Source: Candidatus Iainarchaeum sp.
Lineage (GTDB): Archaea > Iainarchaeota > Iainarchaeia > Iainarchaeales > VGJJ01
Assembly: GCA_043803765.1 (NCBI GenBank)
Contig: JAZDJQ010000012.1
Coordinates: 109,194 to 173,193 of the forward strand
Length of the DNA: 64,000 bases
Direction of reading: 5' to 3'
Each line of letters begins with the position of its first letter. Position 1 is the first letter of the stretch. Both the position numbers and the translations under genes were made by a program. Below the pieces are notes generated by a model. It was not told the DNA's origin, did not search any database, and saw only the letters and a program-made list of their open reading frames with translations. Positions 1-9,800 of the stretch are shown here, piece by piece.

Positions 1-4
1 AAAA

Positions 5-478
5 ATGAATAACAAAGGACAGGCGTTTGAGGCCTACCGTGTTCTCATTGCGATGGTTATTTCTCTTGCCATCCTTACCATTATTCTTTCCGCGGTAACG
101 TATTTTGACACGTTGCGTGAAAAAGTAAGCATTGATACATTGTATTCCTCGTGGAAGAGTGCGGTTGATTCTCCTAATGGAAAAGTCGTGTTGGCTAAGG
201 ACTTGTATTTTACCTCTCAAACCACTTTTGGCAAACGCCAGTTTGCATTACAAGCGGGGTTGGATGAGGCCTGCATTGGTTTTGATGCGGAAAAGGCGGC
301 CGGATTCATTTTGAATGATGCTAATCCCGATAAGCCGGTTGTGACGTTAACGCGCGGAGTAGTAGGAAACGTGTACATGGAGTGCCAGACTGAAAACTTC
401 CTCCTTGAGCCGGCTCCCCCTGATTGTTATGCGTACTGCCTGATTTCTTTTGGAAAGCTCATTGCCGGACCTATCTAA
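5..478 (+). CDS. class III signal peptide (pilin-like) protein
   Basis: MNNKG|QAFEAYRVLIAMVISLAILTII: KG-Q cleavage site followed by a hydrophobic helix. Confidence 0.75.
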   Translation: MNNKGQAFEAYRVLIAMVISLAILTIILSAVTYFDTLREKVSIDTLYSSWKSAVDSPNGKVVLAKDLYFTSQTTFGKRQFALQAGLDEACIGFDAEKAAGFILNDANPDKPVVTLTRGVVGNVYMECQTENFLLEPAPPDCYAYCLISFGKLIAGPI

Positions 479-654
479 TCAAGGGATGCTGGCATAAACA
501 GGCTTTGCCCATATGTGAATAAAAAAAATTAATGGGATATTTGGGCATCCCGCCATTGTTTTAGTTATTTTGTCCATACTTTACAGGCAAGCCGGGCAAA
601 CGTGAACCTTTTTATAGACCCAGACTCTCGTTAAACGCTATAGGTGATGCATGC

Positions 655-1176
655 ATGAATACTCGAGGACAGGCCTTTTCCACATTCCAGTTGCTTATTG
701 CCGCAGTAGTAGCGTTGGCAATACTAGTATTATTGTTGAATATTATTGGTAGTCTCCCTAATTTGGGTGGGCAGAAACCCAACAAGGTAGCATCGGATTT
801 GGTTGCAAGTCAAGTGAATGCTCCTTCTGAATTGCGTACGAGCAACTCGGTTACGTTTACTCGGGAGGATTCCCTCAATGCTCAGGCGATTGCATCCGCT
901 TCTCAAGTAGTAACACAGGGACAATTATGCTTGTCGTTGGGTGATTTTCCTGAAGATGGGGATTTTACTACGAATGATAGCGGGAATATTATCAAGTATG
1001 CCGGCTCGTCCAATTTGCGCGTGCGGTTATCCGTTATTTGCGACACGGGAACCGAATTAATAGATGATTTGACTGATAATGGAATTGTGGATGATTGGAC
1101 ATCCAGTAATTCGGCATGCGGTGATGTCACCAGTTTGAGTCAAACCGCGTGTATTGTTGCACTCCGCTTTGCGTAG
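655..1176 (+). CDS. class III signal peptide (pilin-like) protein
   Basis: MNTRG|QAFSTFQLLIAAVVALAIL; GGTGA SD upstream; similar N-terminus and Cys pattern to the previous ORF. Confidence 0.75.
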   Translation: MNTRGQAFSTFQLLIAAVVALAILVLLLNIIGSLPNLGGQKPNKVASDLVASQVNAPSELRTSNSVTFTREDSLNAQAIASASQVVTQGQLCLSLGDFPEDGDFTTNDSGNIIKYAGSSNLRVRLSVICDTGTELIDDLTDNGIVDDWTSSNSACGDVTSLSQTACIVALRFA

Positions 1177-1190
1177 GATTGAGAGAGGGT

Positions 1191-1358
1191 ATGATTTCCA
1201 TCTGGAATGAAACAAGAGCGCAAGGGGAATTCAATTCCCTGTATATGATTCTAGTCCTAATTATTGCCGCATTGTTGCTCATTACGGTCGTGAAGCCCAT
1301 GTTTCGCCAGTCACAGCAATTAGGAAGCAAGGTTCCTGTGGTAGGCGCAAGCAGTTAG
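1191..1358 (+). CDS. small pilin-like protein
   Basis: MISIWNETRA|QGEFNSLYMILVLIIAALLL; GAGGGT directly before ATG 1191. Confidence 0.6.
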   Translation: MISIWNETRAQGEFNSLYMILVLIIAALLLITVVKPMFRQSQQLGSKVPVVGASS

Positions 1359-1390
1359 GAACAACAGACGAATTCATTATAAAAAAAATA

Positions 1391-1422
1391 AAAAGGCGGG
1401 ACATTTTATTCCTGTCCCTTTC
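1391..1422. terminator. hairpin between convergent genes
   Basis: GGGACA/TGTCCC stem flanked by A-run and T-run. Confidence 0.35.
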
Positions 1423-1454
1423 CTTATACTATTATTCGATGTGTAACATCACAT

Positions 1455-1712
1455 TTAGTAGTACGTGTTGCAGCATGTCTTGTTTGACCACACCTTTCCA
1501 TACCAGATGAGGGCAATTCCCACAACATACCATAATGCGACCCACCAGTCGAATGTTCTACCAGTCACATTGAATTGGGTTACAAATCCTCCAATCAGGA
1601 ACCAGAGACCTAATGCTTTTAACACAACGGAAATAATAGCAGATGTCCAATCGATCCCCATTCCTCCCATCATGTCCATTTCCATTAATTTGCTTGTTTT
1701 TGCTCGCGCCAT
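1455..1712 (-). CDS. small membrane protein
   Basis: two hydrophobic segments, AGGAGG SD. Confidence 0.6.
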   Translation of the reverse strand: MARAKTSKLMEMDMMGGMGIDWTSAIISVVLKALGLWFLIGGFVTQFNVTGRTFDWWVALWYVVGIALIWYGKVWSNKTCCNTYY

Positions 1713-1918
1713 ACTTGAGTATTCCTCCTTTTCACCAATTGGCGGTTTATGGAGTGAGGCAACCGTTTCGGGTTTATTAAGGAAACGGATTTTCCAGATT
1801 TTCCAATAAAGTGAATTTAAAAAAAATAAACGTGGAATTGGGCTAACACCCTTTTTTTGGTTCTTTTTTCCAATGCATTGCAGGCAAAGCCGGTTTTTTC
1901 TCTGGAGAAAAAAAGTAT

Positions 1919-2374
1919 TTATTTTTCTTGGAATGCCCCAAGATAGTGCAATGTAAAAAATAATAGTAAAATGCTCCCCGCGTTCAACCAGATCGTATAT
2001 TCATATAGAAAAGTGAGTGCGCTCACGGGGAGGAATAATGCTCCTAATGAAGCACAGGCAGGACACTGTGCTACAAGGAATATGCTTAATGCGCCAATAC
2101 CTCCAATACTGCGACCCTTTGTTTTTTTAGCTGGAGTGCACACGGCAGGGGAACGCCATAAATAGGTTTGATAGGCAAAAGTAATCCCGAATAGTGCGAG
2201 AAAAATAACCAGTAGGATTGCATTAATGAGTGGAGTGTTCGCCACCCACACGTGAATATTGTTTAGGTTTCCCAATACTTGCGTGTACAAATATAGTAAA
2301 AAAAAGAATATTGCGGAGAAAAATGCAATAATAGGATAGGAACGATTTTCTTTGAAAACGAGAAGGAGGCGCAT
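1919..2374 (-). CDS. membrane protein with CxxC (CPAC) motif
   Basis: about 4 TM segments, AQCPACASLG. Confidence 0.6.
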   Translation of the reverse strand: MRLLLVFKENRSYPIIAFFSAIFFFLLYLYTQVLGNLNNIHVWVANTPLINAILLVIFLALFGITFAYQTYLWRSPAVCTPAKKTKGRSIGGIGALSIFLVAQCPACASLGALFLPVSALTFLYEYTIWLNAGSILLLFFTLHYLGAFQEK

Positions 2375-2613
2375 CCAATGAAGCGAAACACGAACATTGT
2401 TTTAAGGATTGTCCTCATGGGACGGTAAACGCCCACATTACCCCTTCAATCTAAACTAAGTTGAGCGGGTTGATAATGGTATTATTGGGTGAGTGTTTCA
2501 ACCAGTGCAATTTGATGGTATTTTTCTAGCTTCTTGGCCAAGGATGAAAAATCATTTTTAATGCGTAAGACAAATTGGCTCATTCCTGTGTTTCGTAATG
2601 TAGAGAAGGAGGG

Positions 2614-3078
2614 TCATTCTAATTTTATTTCAAATACTTTTTCCCACTCTTCGTATTCTTTCTTGTTCATCTCCCTATATGCAAGTTTGTCGATTGCCTT
2701 TCCAATGAGTTCCATTCTTTCCCGTATGACGCTTCGTTCTTCATTCACTTTTCTACATGTGATAAAATTTTTCATCAATCGTTCATATTCCTTGGAAAGG
2801 GCTTTGTAAACAGGATCGTTTAACGTGGCTTTATCTCGCATTAATTGTCCTAGACCGGAGGGACGATAATCAGTATGCGGGGGGCGTTTTTCTGGGCGCA
2901 TTTCTTTCATTTTACGTTGACTTACAAACAACTCAATCTTTCGTAACATGTCTCTTGTTTCCCATAATTTGAAACGTTCTTCTTCTCTAATTACTTCAAT
3001 GGTTCGTCTTCGATTCTTTGCAGAAAGAACTTTTTTAGCTAATCGCTTAAAGGGAGAGGCCTGCGGTTTTCCAACCAT
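2614..3078 (-). CDS. hypothetical basic protein
   Basis: 154-aa ORF, K/R-rich N-terminus, helical C-terminus. Confidence 0.55.
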   Translation of the reverse strand: MVGKPQASPFKRLAKKVLSAKNRRRTIEVIREEERFKLWETRDMLRKIELFVSQRKMKEMRPEKRPPHTDYRPSGLGQLMRDKATLNDPVYKALSKEYERLMKNFITCRKVNEERSVIRERMELIGKAIDKLAYREMNKKEYEEWEKVFEIKLE

Positions 3079-3255
3079 AAGTCTCTAAACGTTCTTGTAT
3101 TTTTTAATGTTCCGTCTTGCCGATGTAACACTCGCTGGTATTGGTGTGAAAAGTTGTATAGGGTATCTTCATCTTTTTAGTGTTGGTGCATTTCATAATT
3201 CATACGTGTTTACCTATCCTAAAAAGAAATAGGGGGCGTTGAACCCAGCACCTTA

Positions 3256-3327
3256 CGCCCACTGCGGGAATCGAACCCGCGCCTCCACCGTGACAGGGTG
3301 GAATCCTAACCGCTAGACGAAGTGGGC
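3256..3327 (-). tRNA. tRNA-Asp(GTC)
   Basis: GCCCACT/AGTGGGC acceptor stem, CCACC-CT GTC AC-GGTGG anticodon arm, GGTTCGATTCC T-loop. Confidence 0.95.
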
Positions 3328-3380
3328 ATCCGCAAACGTATTTCGCGTGAAAAAGCATTAAAAACACGCCGTCCAGCCCG

Positions 3381-3845
3381 CTAGTTTCCAAGTGCCTGAA
3401 TCACTTCTTCCGCGTGCCCTTCCGGTGAGACGCGGGGAAAGACTTTCATTATTTTTCCATCTTCATCGATGATAAATGTTGAACGGATGATTCCCATGAA
3501 TTTTTTACCATAGAGTGATTTTTCACCCCATGCCCCGTACTTTTCTAACACGATACATTGGGGGTCGGAAAGGATGGGGAAATTTAATTGGTATTTTTCA
3601 GTAAACCGTTGATGACTTTTTTCATCGTCTTTTGAAATCCCGAAAACCAATGCTCCTTTTCGTTTTACTCGTTCTAAGTTATCCCGAAACTCACATGCTT
3701 CTTTAGTACAGCCGGGCGTGTCATCCTTGGGATAGAAATACAACACTATTTTTTTCCCCTTGAAATGGGAAAGAGTAACATTATTTCCATTCGTATCCTT
3801 CAATGTAAAATCGGGTGCTTTTGTTCCTTCTTTTGGCATCGGCAT
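3381..3845 (-). CDS. bcp: thioredoxin-dependent peroxiredoxin BCP
   Basis: [21 protein letters not shown] motif. Confidence 0.95.
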   Translation of the reverse strand: MPMPKEGTKAPDFTLKDTNGNNVTLSHFKGKKIVLYFYPKDDTPGCTKEACEFRDNLERVKRKGALVFGISKDDEKSHQRFTEKYQLNFPILSDPQCIVLEKYGAWGEKSLYGKKFMGIIRSTFIIDEDGKIMKVFPRVSPEGHAEEVIQALGN

Positions 3846-3914
3846 TTTAGTCCACTATCCCATCGTTTTCTTTTTTGACTGCGAACTACTTTTTTCTTTT
3901 GCAAAAAAAAAAGC

Positions 3915-4322
3915 TCAGCTCCAGCTCTTCCCGCACCCGCAAACCGAATGCGTATTGGGGTTCCGCAGTTTGAATCCGGTTCCCTGTGGTGATTCCATAA
4001 AATCAATCACGCTTCCCCGTAATAACGATTCGGATTCCTTATCAATATACAATGTAATTCCATTGGATTCTATTTTCATGTCATCTTCCTCTTTCCGATT
4101 GTTCAACGTGATGGAGTACGTGTACCCGCAACACCCACCGGATACTACCCGCACGCGCAGTCCAATGTTTTCTTCCCCTTTCTTCAGAATGAATTCCTTT
4201 ATTTTAACAGCAGCCTTCATGGTGAGGGAAATCGTTTTCTCATTAATTTCTTTCTTCTCCATCTTTTCAGCCCAAACGGTTCCGCTCGCGTTGCATGTAT
4301 CCTCCATATCCTTTTCCTCCAA
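3915..4322 (-). CDS. HesB/IscA family Fe-S cluster carrier
   Basis: GGCCGYTY and CGCGKSW motifs; true start may lie downstream of 4322. Confidence 0.9.
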   Translation of the reverse strand: MEEKDMEDTCNASGTVWAEKMEKKEINEKTISLTMKAAVKIKEFILKKGEENIGLRVRVVSGGCCGYTYSITLNNRKEEDDMKIESNGITLYIDKESESLLRGSVIDFMESPQGTGFKLRNPNTHSVCGCGKSWS

Positions 4323-4434
4323 TCATAATCAACAATTACTATTCCGTTCCACGTAATCCAAAAAAAAATTATGGAATTCTAAAAAAAAAAAGAAAAATGG
4401 GATTGTTGATTAAACGCCCCCATTTCATTCATTG

Positions 4435-4593
4435 TTATTTGCTTGACAAGTTGTTTTTCTTGACGTATTCCCAAATCTTTTTGGTCATCATGGAAGGTGC
4501 GATGGGCTTGCTTCCCATAATACTTTCAATCGTATCCTTTTTACCGGAAAAACTGATGCTGTAGCCACCGAAGGCGGGTTTCTTTCCTAGCAT
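4435..4593 (-). CDS. SWIB/MDM2-like microprotein (52 aa)
   Basis: IMGSKPIAPSMMTKKIWEYVKKNNL resembles the SWIB core; GAGGAG SD before ATG 4593. Confidence 0.65.
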   Translation of the reverse strand: MLGKKPAFGGYSISFSGKKDTIESIMGSKPIAPSMMTKKIWEYVKKNNLSSK

Positions 4594-4759
4594 AATCTCC
4601 TCATTACTCCCTTGCGCGGTTCGCGCAAACTCGTTAATGCCAACCAAACCCAGAAGCCTTTTTAATGCTCGCGCCTCAAAAACGGGATTTTCCCTTAGGA
4701 AAAAATCATTTCTCCTTTCCCGCACTCATTTTTAAGGGTGTTTTGACTTGGGAGTAGGT

Positions 4760-6082
4760 ATGGAAAAATTCCATGATGTTGGTTCTTTTCTCTCGCAGTA
4801 TGGCTTATCGAATGGTTCTCGTGTTCGTGTGAATTGGAAAGACCAAACGTTAAATGGATTAATTATTCCCCAATCTAAAGTAGGAGATGTGCTCACGTTG
4901 AAATTAGATAGCGGGTATAATGTTGGATTGCGTCTGGTGCACATTCGTGATGTAGAGAAGATAGGAGAAGCCATTCCGTGTGAGTCGGTTCCCAATCCTC
5001 GTATTGAGGAAAAGCATCATTCTTCTACTAGGCCCGGATTTGTATTGATTGGAGTGGGCGGAACGATTGCAAGTAAAGTGAATTATGAAACGGGCGGGGT
5101 TATTGCTAGAATGACTCCTGATGAATTATCTGGAATGGTTCCGGAGATTAATGATTTTTCTCATATTGTGAGGATTCGTTCTCCTTTTACTAAGATGAGT
5201 GAGGACTTGCTTCCTGAGGATTGGATTAGTATTGCTAAGATTTGTCATGAGGAATTAAACAAGAGTGATGTGGAAGGAATTATTCTTACGCATGGGACGG
5301 ACACGTTGCATTATACGGCGGCTGCTCTTTCATTCATGTTGCAGGATGTTTCGAAACCGATTGTATTGGTTGGGTCGCAGCGTTCGAGTGACCGTGGAAG
5401 CAGTGATGCGGTAATGAATCTTGTGTGTGCGGCACGAGTTGCTATTAGTGATATCGCCGAAGTTGGGATTTGCATGCATGGAACAACGTCGGATGATTAT
5501 TGTTTGTTTAACAAAGGAACCCATGTGAGAAAAATGCATACAACCCGTCGAGATGCTTTCCGTCCGATTAACCGGGTGCCTATTGCTCGTGTTTGGAGTG
5601 ATGGAAAAATAGAGAAACTGAGCCCTCATGTCCACCGCACGAGTAAGCCGGTGGTGTTGGATGCCGTTTTTGAGGAAAAAGTTGCCCTTGTTAAAATGCA
5701 TCCCGGATTAACACCGGATGTTTTTCACTTTTATGCGGATAAAGGATACAAGGGAGTAGTGATTGAGGCAACAGGATTAGGGCATGTTCATACAACACGT
5801 ATTATTCCTGTGGTTAAGGCATTGACCGAGAAGGGAATATTTGTTTTTATCACATCTCAAACGATTTATGGGAGGGTTGATTTGAACGTATATACTAATC
5901 TTCGTCTCCTTCAGAATGCGGGAGCAATAGGATTAGGGGACATGACGACGGAAACTGCTTTTGTTAAACTGGGTTGGGTTCTTGCGCATACGCAGGATAG
6001 GAAAAAAGTCATTGAGCGGATGACCCAGTCGATAGTGGGAGAGATAACCGAGTACAGTGACCCTTCTACTTTCCTGTATTGA
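4760..6082 (+). CDS. gatD: Glu-tRNA(Gln) amidotransferase subunit D
   Basis: LKLDSGYNVG N-domain, GGTIASKVNYETG, HGTDT, SQRSSDRGSSD. Confidence 0.95.
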   Translation: MEKFHDVGSFLSQYGLSNGSRVRVNWKDQTLNGLIIPQSKVGDVLTLKLDSGYNVGLRLVHIRDVEKIGEAIPCESVPNPRIEEKHHSSTRPGFVLIGVGGTIASKVNYETGGVIARMTPDELSGMVPEINDFSHIVRIRSPFTKMSEDLLPEDWISIAKICHEELNKSDVEGIILTHGTDTLHYTAAALSFMLQDVSKPIVLVGSQRSSDRGSSDAVMNLVCAARVAISDIAEVGICMHGTTSDDYCLFNKGTHVRKMHTTRRDAFRPINRVPIARVWSDGKIEKLSPHVHRTSKPVVLDAVFEEKVALVKMHPGLTPDVFHFYADKGYKGVVIEATGLGHVHTTRIIPVVKALTEKGIFVFITSQTIYGRVDLNVYTNLRLLQNAGAIGLGDMTTETAFVKLGWVLAHTQDRKKVIERMTQSIVGEITEYSDPSTFLY

Positions 6083-6106
6083 TTTTTATAGGGATAATAC
6101 ATCCCT

Positions 6107-6754
6107 TTGAGAATGGAACCATTACTCTCGATTGACCGGATGGTTATCAATTCGCTGCATTCTTTTTCATGGCAGGATGTAGGAGTGTGGTTTTCGTATG
6201 CGATTATTCTTGCTGTTTATGTTATTCTTATTTGGAATTTTTATCGTTCGGTTGCGCGCCGGGATATTTTTGCTCGAACGTTTACCTTTCATCATCCGGG
6301 AATCGTTGGTTTTCTTGAGGATTTCATCTTGGCGGTTCTGCGTTTGGTAAAATACGGGGTGTTCTTTCCCGTGTTTTCCTTTCTTTGGTTTGGAGGATTT
6401 GTAGTATTATTATTGGTCGTCGCGCAAAATCAAACGGTTTCCCAAGTTGTTTTGCTTTCCATCGCCATTGTTTCAGGGGCGCGCATTCTTTCTTACTACA
6501 ATCAGGATACTGCTCAAGAGTTGGCTAAGATTATTCCAATGGTTGTTTTGGGTATCGCACTGGTTGAACCGGACTTTTTTGAATTAAATAAAGTCGTTTC
6601 CCGTTTGGAAACCATCCCAACATTGTGGAATAGTCTTCTTCCGTTCATTCTGTATCTTTCATTGCTTGAGCTCACATTGCGTATTTTGCTTTACACGAAG
6701 TGGATGATACTGGGAAAGAGTGTGAATGAAGATAGGATTGTTAAACAAAAATAA
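6107..6754 (+). CDS. multi-pass membrane protein
   Basis: 5-6 hydrophobic segments; ATG at 6113 is an alternative start. Confidence 0.65.
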   Translation: MRMEPLLSIDRMVINSLHSFSWQDVGVWFSYAIILAVYVILIWNFYRSVARRDIFARTFTFHHPGIVGFLEDFILAVLRLVKYGVFFPVFSFLWFGGFVVLLLVVAQNQTVSQVVLLSIAIVSGARILSYYNQDTAQELAKIIPMVVLGIALVEPDFFELNKVVSRLETIPTLWNSLLPFILYLSLLELTLRILLYTKWMILGKSVNEDRIVKQK

Positions 6755-6820
6755 AGGTATCATGACAGCATTCTTTCTTTTCATATGGAAATGACAGGGT
6801 AGTAGAATAACGTGATTGAT

Positions 6821-9800
6821 TTAGAATCCAATCAATCGGAGGAAGAATTGGAATAATAGGATGAGTGGATTCAGTGCCGCAATGAAAAAAAGTGAAGTCG
6901 ATTCAGGAATAGGTAGGTAACATGATTGACTGCATACGCCTCCGCAATCAATTCCAAGTTCTCCCCTATCATATTGTCCATTCTCGCATGGAGACAAACT
7001 TTGAACAATACACCCTTCGTCTATTTCCAAATCGCAGTCATCATCTATTCCATTGCATAACTCAATAGATGGAACGCACGATAGAGAAGGATTGTCTCCA
7101 CCCCCTCCGCTGTTGCCGCTTCCACTATCTCCATCTCCGCCACCGTTTCCGCCATCTCCTTCTCCTGAATCAGAGTAATCGAAATCATCCTCATCGTCAT
7201 CATCCTCATTTCCGCTATCGGGTGAAGTGACTTCGAAATTCAATAAAACGAAGTTGTCGGTGATGTCGGTTTCGACTATGTTTGAATTTCCACCAGAAAA
7301 ATCATAGATAATGGGGAAAAGAGACCCGATAAAGCGGTAGGTTCCCTTGCTTAGATTGAGTGCAGTCGGTTCTACCGTGATGGCGAGTGATGTGGTTCCT
7401 TCTGGAATGTCTATTCCCTTTTCCACGGAGGTAACGGGAAGCAATGGTTGTGGATAAATGGAATTGTAGTTGTATGTCCGGGCGTTAAAGAAACTTCCAA
7501 GAACGAACGGGTCGGGAGACAAGTAGAAAACTTCTGCCATTTTCCAGAAATCATCCAGTTCCTGGCAGTGGAACGCCCGTTGAGGATCCGGATGGTCGAT
7601 TCGGCAGAATACCCCAAATATCATACTGCGTGAGTGCGTGTACCCTTCTCCTGCACTGTGTAGTTTTTGGATAATAAGTTGGAGAGTGGCTTTTTGTCCT
7701 AGGGATACGCTGTCAAAGGCCGTGTTTGTTGTGAGGCTTCCTACATTAGGTTCTATGTTCGTGGATCCTCCTATAGTGATGCTGGCAACATTGGAATAGG
7801 GGGATAATCCAATGACGGATCGGGCGGCGATGCGGTAATAATAGGTTCCTTGTTGCACCGTGCCATCTGCATACGTAATCGTTCCGGGTGGCAACCCGTT
7901 TTTGATAATGCTCCAATTGAAGTTGTCCGTGCTCCGCTCTACAATGTATTCGATTTCATCATCCGCATTGTCATTCCAAATTAGTGTCACGATTCCTCCT
8001 TGGATGGTAGCAGTCAAATTGGATGGGGCATTAGGTAAGGGGTCGTTTATCTGCAAAAACAATGATCCTGATTTCATTCCATTGGGGTGAATCACATACA
8101 CTTCATGCTGTCCGTTTCCTAGGGAATTTATTTGATTTAGGGAAAGAGTATACGTGAGTTGTCCGGATGTAACCCATAATGGAGTAATATCTCCCAGACT
8201 TCCTATGTGAACTTTGGCGCTCATCTTGAAATTGGTTCCAGTAAATGCGAGCAAGGAAGCAGTGTCGGATTCGATATTGTTGGGGGTTATCGCATTCAAT
8301 GTGGGGGAAATATCTGCAAATAATACTGGAAGGGAATTGCTGTATTCTGTTCCTTGTTTTATTCTCACGTTGTGCGTTCCGAGTCCCAGTTGTTGCTGGA
8401 ACGATGCGGATAATCCTGCCTTGACTTGGGTGGAGTTGACAAAGGAGCTGAGCGCGAGAACTTTTCCATCGATATCCACTTGATCGGTTGCCGTAAAATT
8501 GGACCCATTCAACGTGAGCGTGGTGCCAATCTCATAGGCAATCGTTGTAGGAGAAAGGGAAGTGAGTGCTAATGTTTGGTCGACTCCCTGCACTGGAACA
8601 GCGTTTGAATTCTGTCCACTTTGCGTAACCTGAACAAAGTGGGTTCCTATTCCAAGCGAGTTGGTTTGGGAAATTGATAGGTTTACCGTGAGAGTAGTTG
8701 AATCCACAAAAACGGGAGTCAGAGTCAAACTTCCAATTTTTACTGTAGCACTGGGTGTGAATCCTACTCCTTTGAGAGTAAGAGAAGCTGTTTTTCCTAC
8801 TCCAAATTCAGATGGAATGACTTGTCCAAGATAAAAAGTAGCGCTTGAGGAATATTGGCATCCTTGATAGAAGCTAGTGAAAGCAGGAACACACGTGTAA
8901 GGGGGAATAGGATTGATAGCGGTTCCATAGGATTGTAATGGAACCACATCGCATGTTTCCCCTGAGTCCAAAACGGAATTTCCGCAATAGGGTTTTCCCG
9001 AACAGGAAGCGGAATCAATCACCCAAGAAGATGTAGCCCAGTGATAAGTACCGCATCCGATATCTTGGCAATCGGTTAAGAGATTGCAATTGTCATCCGT
9101 TCCATTATTGCATGACTCTGCCACGTTGGGATTGATGTTGGGATTCCCATCATGGCAATCCCCTGCACAAGTAGTAACGCCATCTCCATCTGCATCCGTA
9201 CAGGATGGAGTATAATTGGTTGAAAAATAACCATTAAGAAAACCCTGATTGGCGGCATTGGGAACCCCCATGAAATAAGTGATTCCGCACACTTCATCAT
9301 CATTCAGCGATTGGATTTGAATTCCTTTTTCGCTCGTCCGGGTGCGTTGATTGTGAATAGCTTGAAAGCTTTCGGCAAAATCTTGGAAATATTGGTCATA
9401 CTCTGGAATGAAAGACGGGTCTGTTTTGCGGATGGATTCCGCTAACGCCAATGTGGGGCATAGCCCTATTTGCTCCTGCGAGTCGGAGCCTTTCTCTCCA
9501 TCAAAAAGGGTGTATTTTTCTCCTTGCGTGGAAGTAGCCGCCTTGTAAACGAACATGTAATAATCGGAGTCGAATCCCTTCCCTTCATTCAACGGATAAT
9601 CATTGTAGAGAATTCCATTCCGCACAGCAGTAGGATTCTTGTAGAGATAATGATACACAAAATAGAGTCCATCCTGCACATACTGCCGAATAGTGGCATA
9701 TTGGGCATCCGTAGTACGGAACACGTCTTCCCCTGCCGCGGCAATACCCATCATGACAAGATAGTGATGAAACGGGTGAAGGGTGTTATACTCATATGTT

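Noticed and set aside
1394-1402. AGGCGGGAC match to the att core
   Set aside because: 9-nt match in the opposite orientation, far from the array, explained by a terminator-like hairpin
2429-2458. ACGCCCAC match to the tRNA-Asp 3' end and CAATCTAAACTA match to the 27627 element flank
   Set aside because: Short isolated matches compatible with chance
3200-3391. ORFs overlapping tRNAs (also 26454-26824, 31614-31784, 37428-37703)
   Set aside because: They run across clear tRNA genes and are spurious
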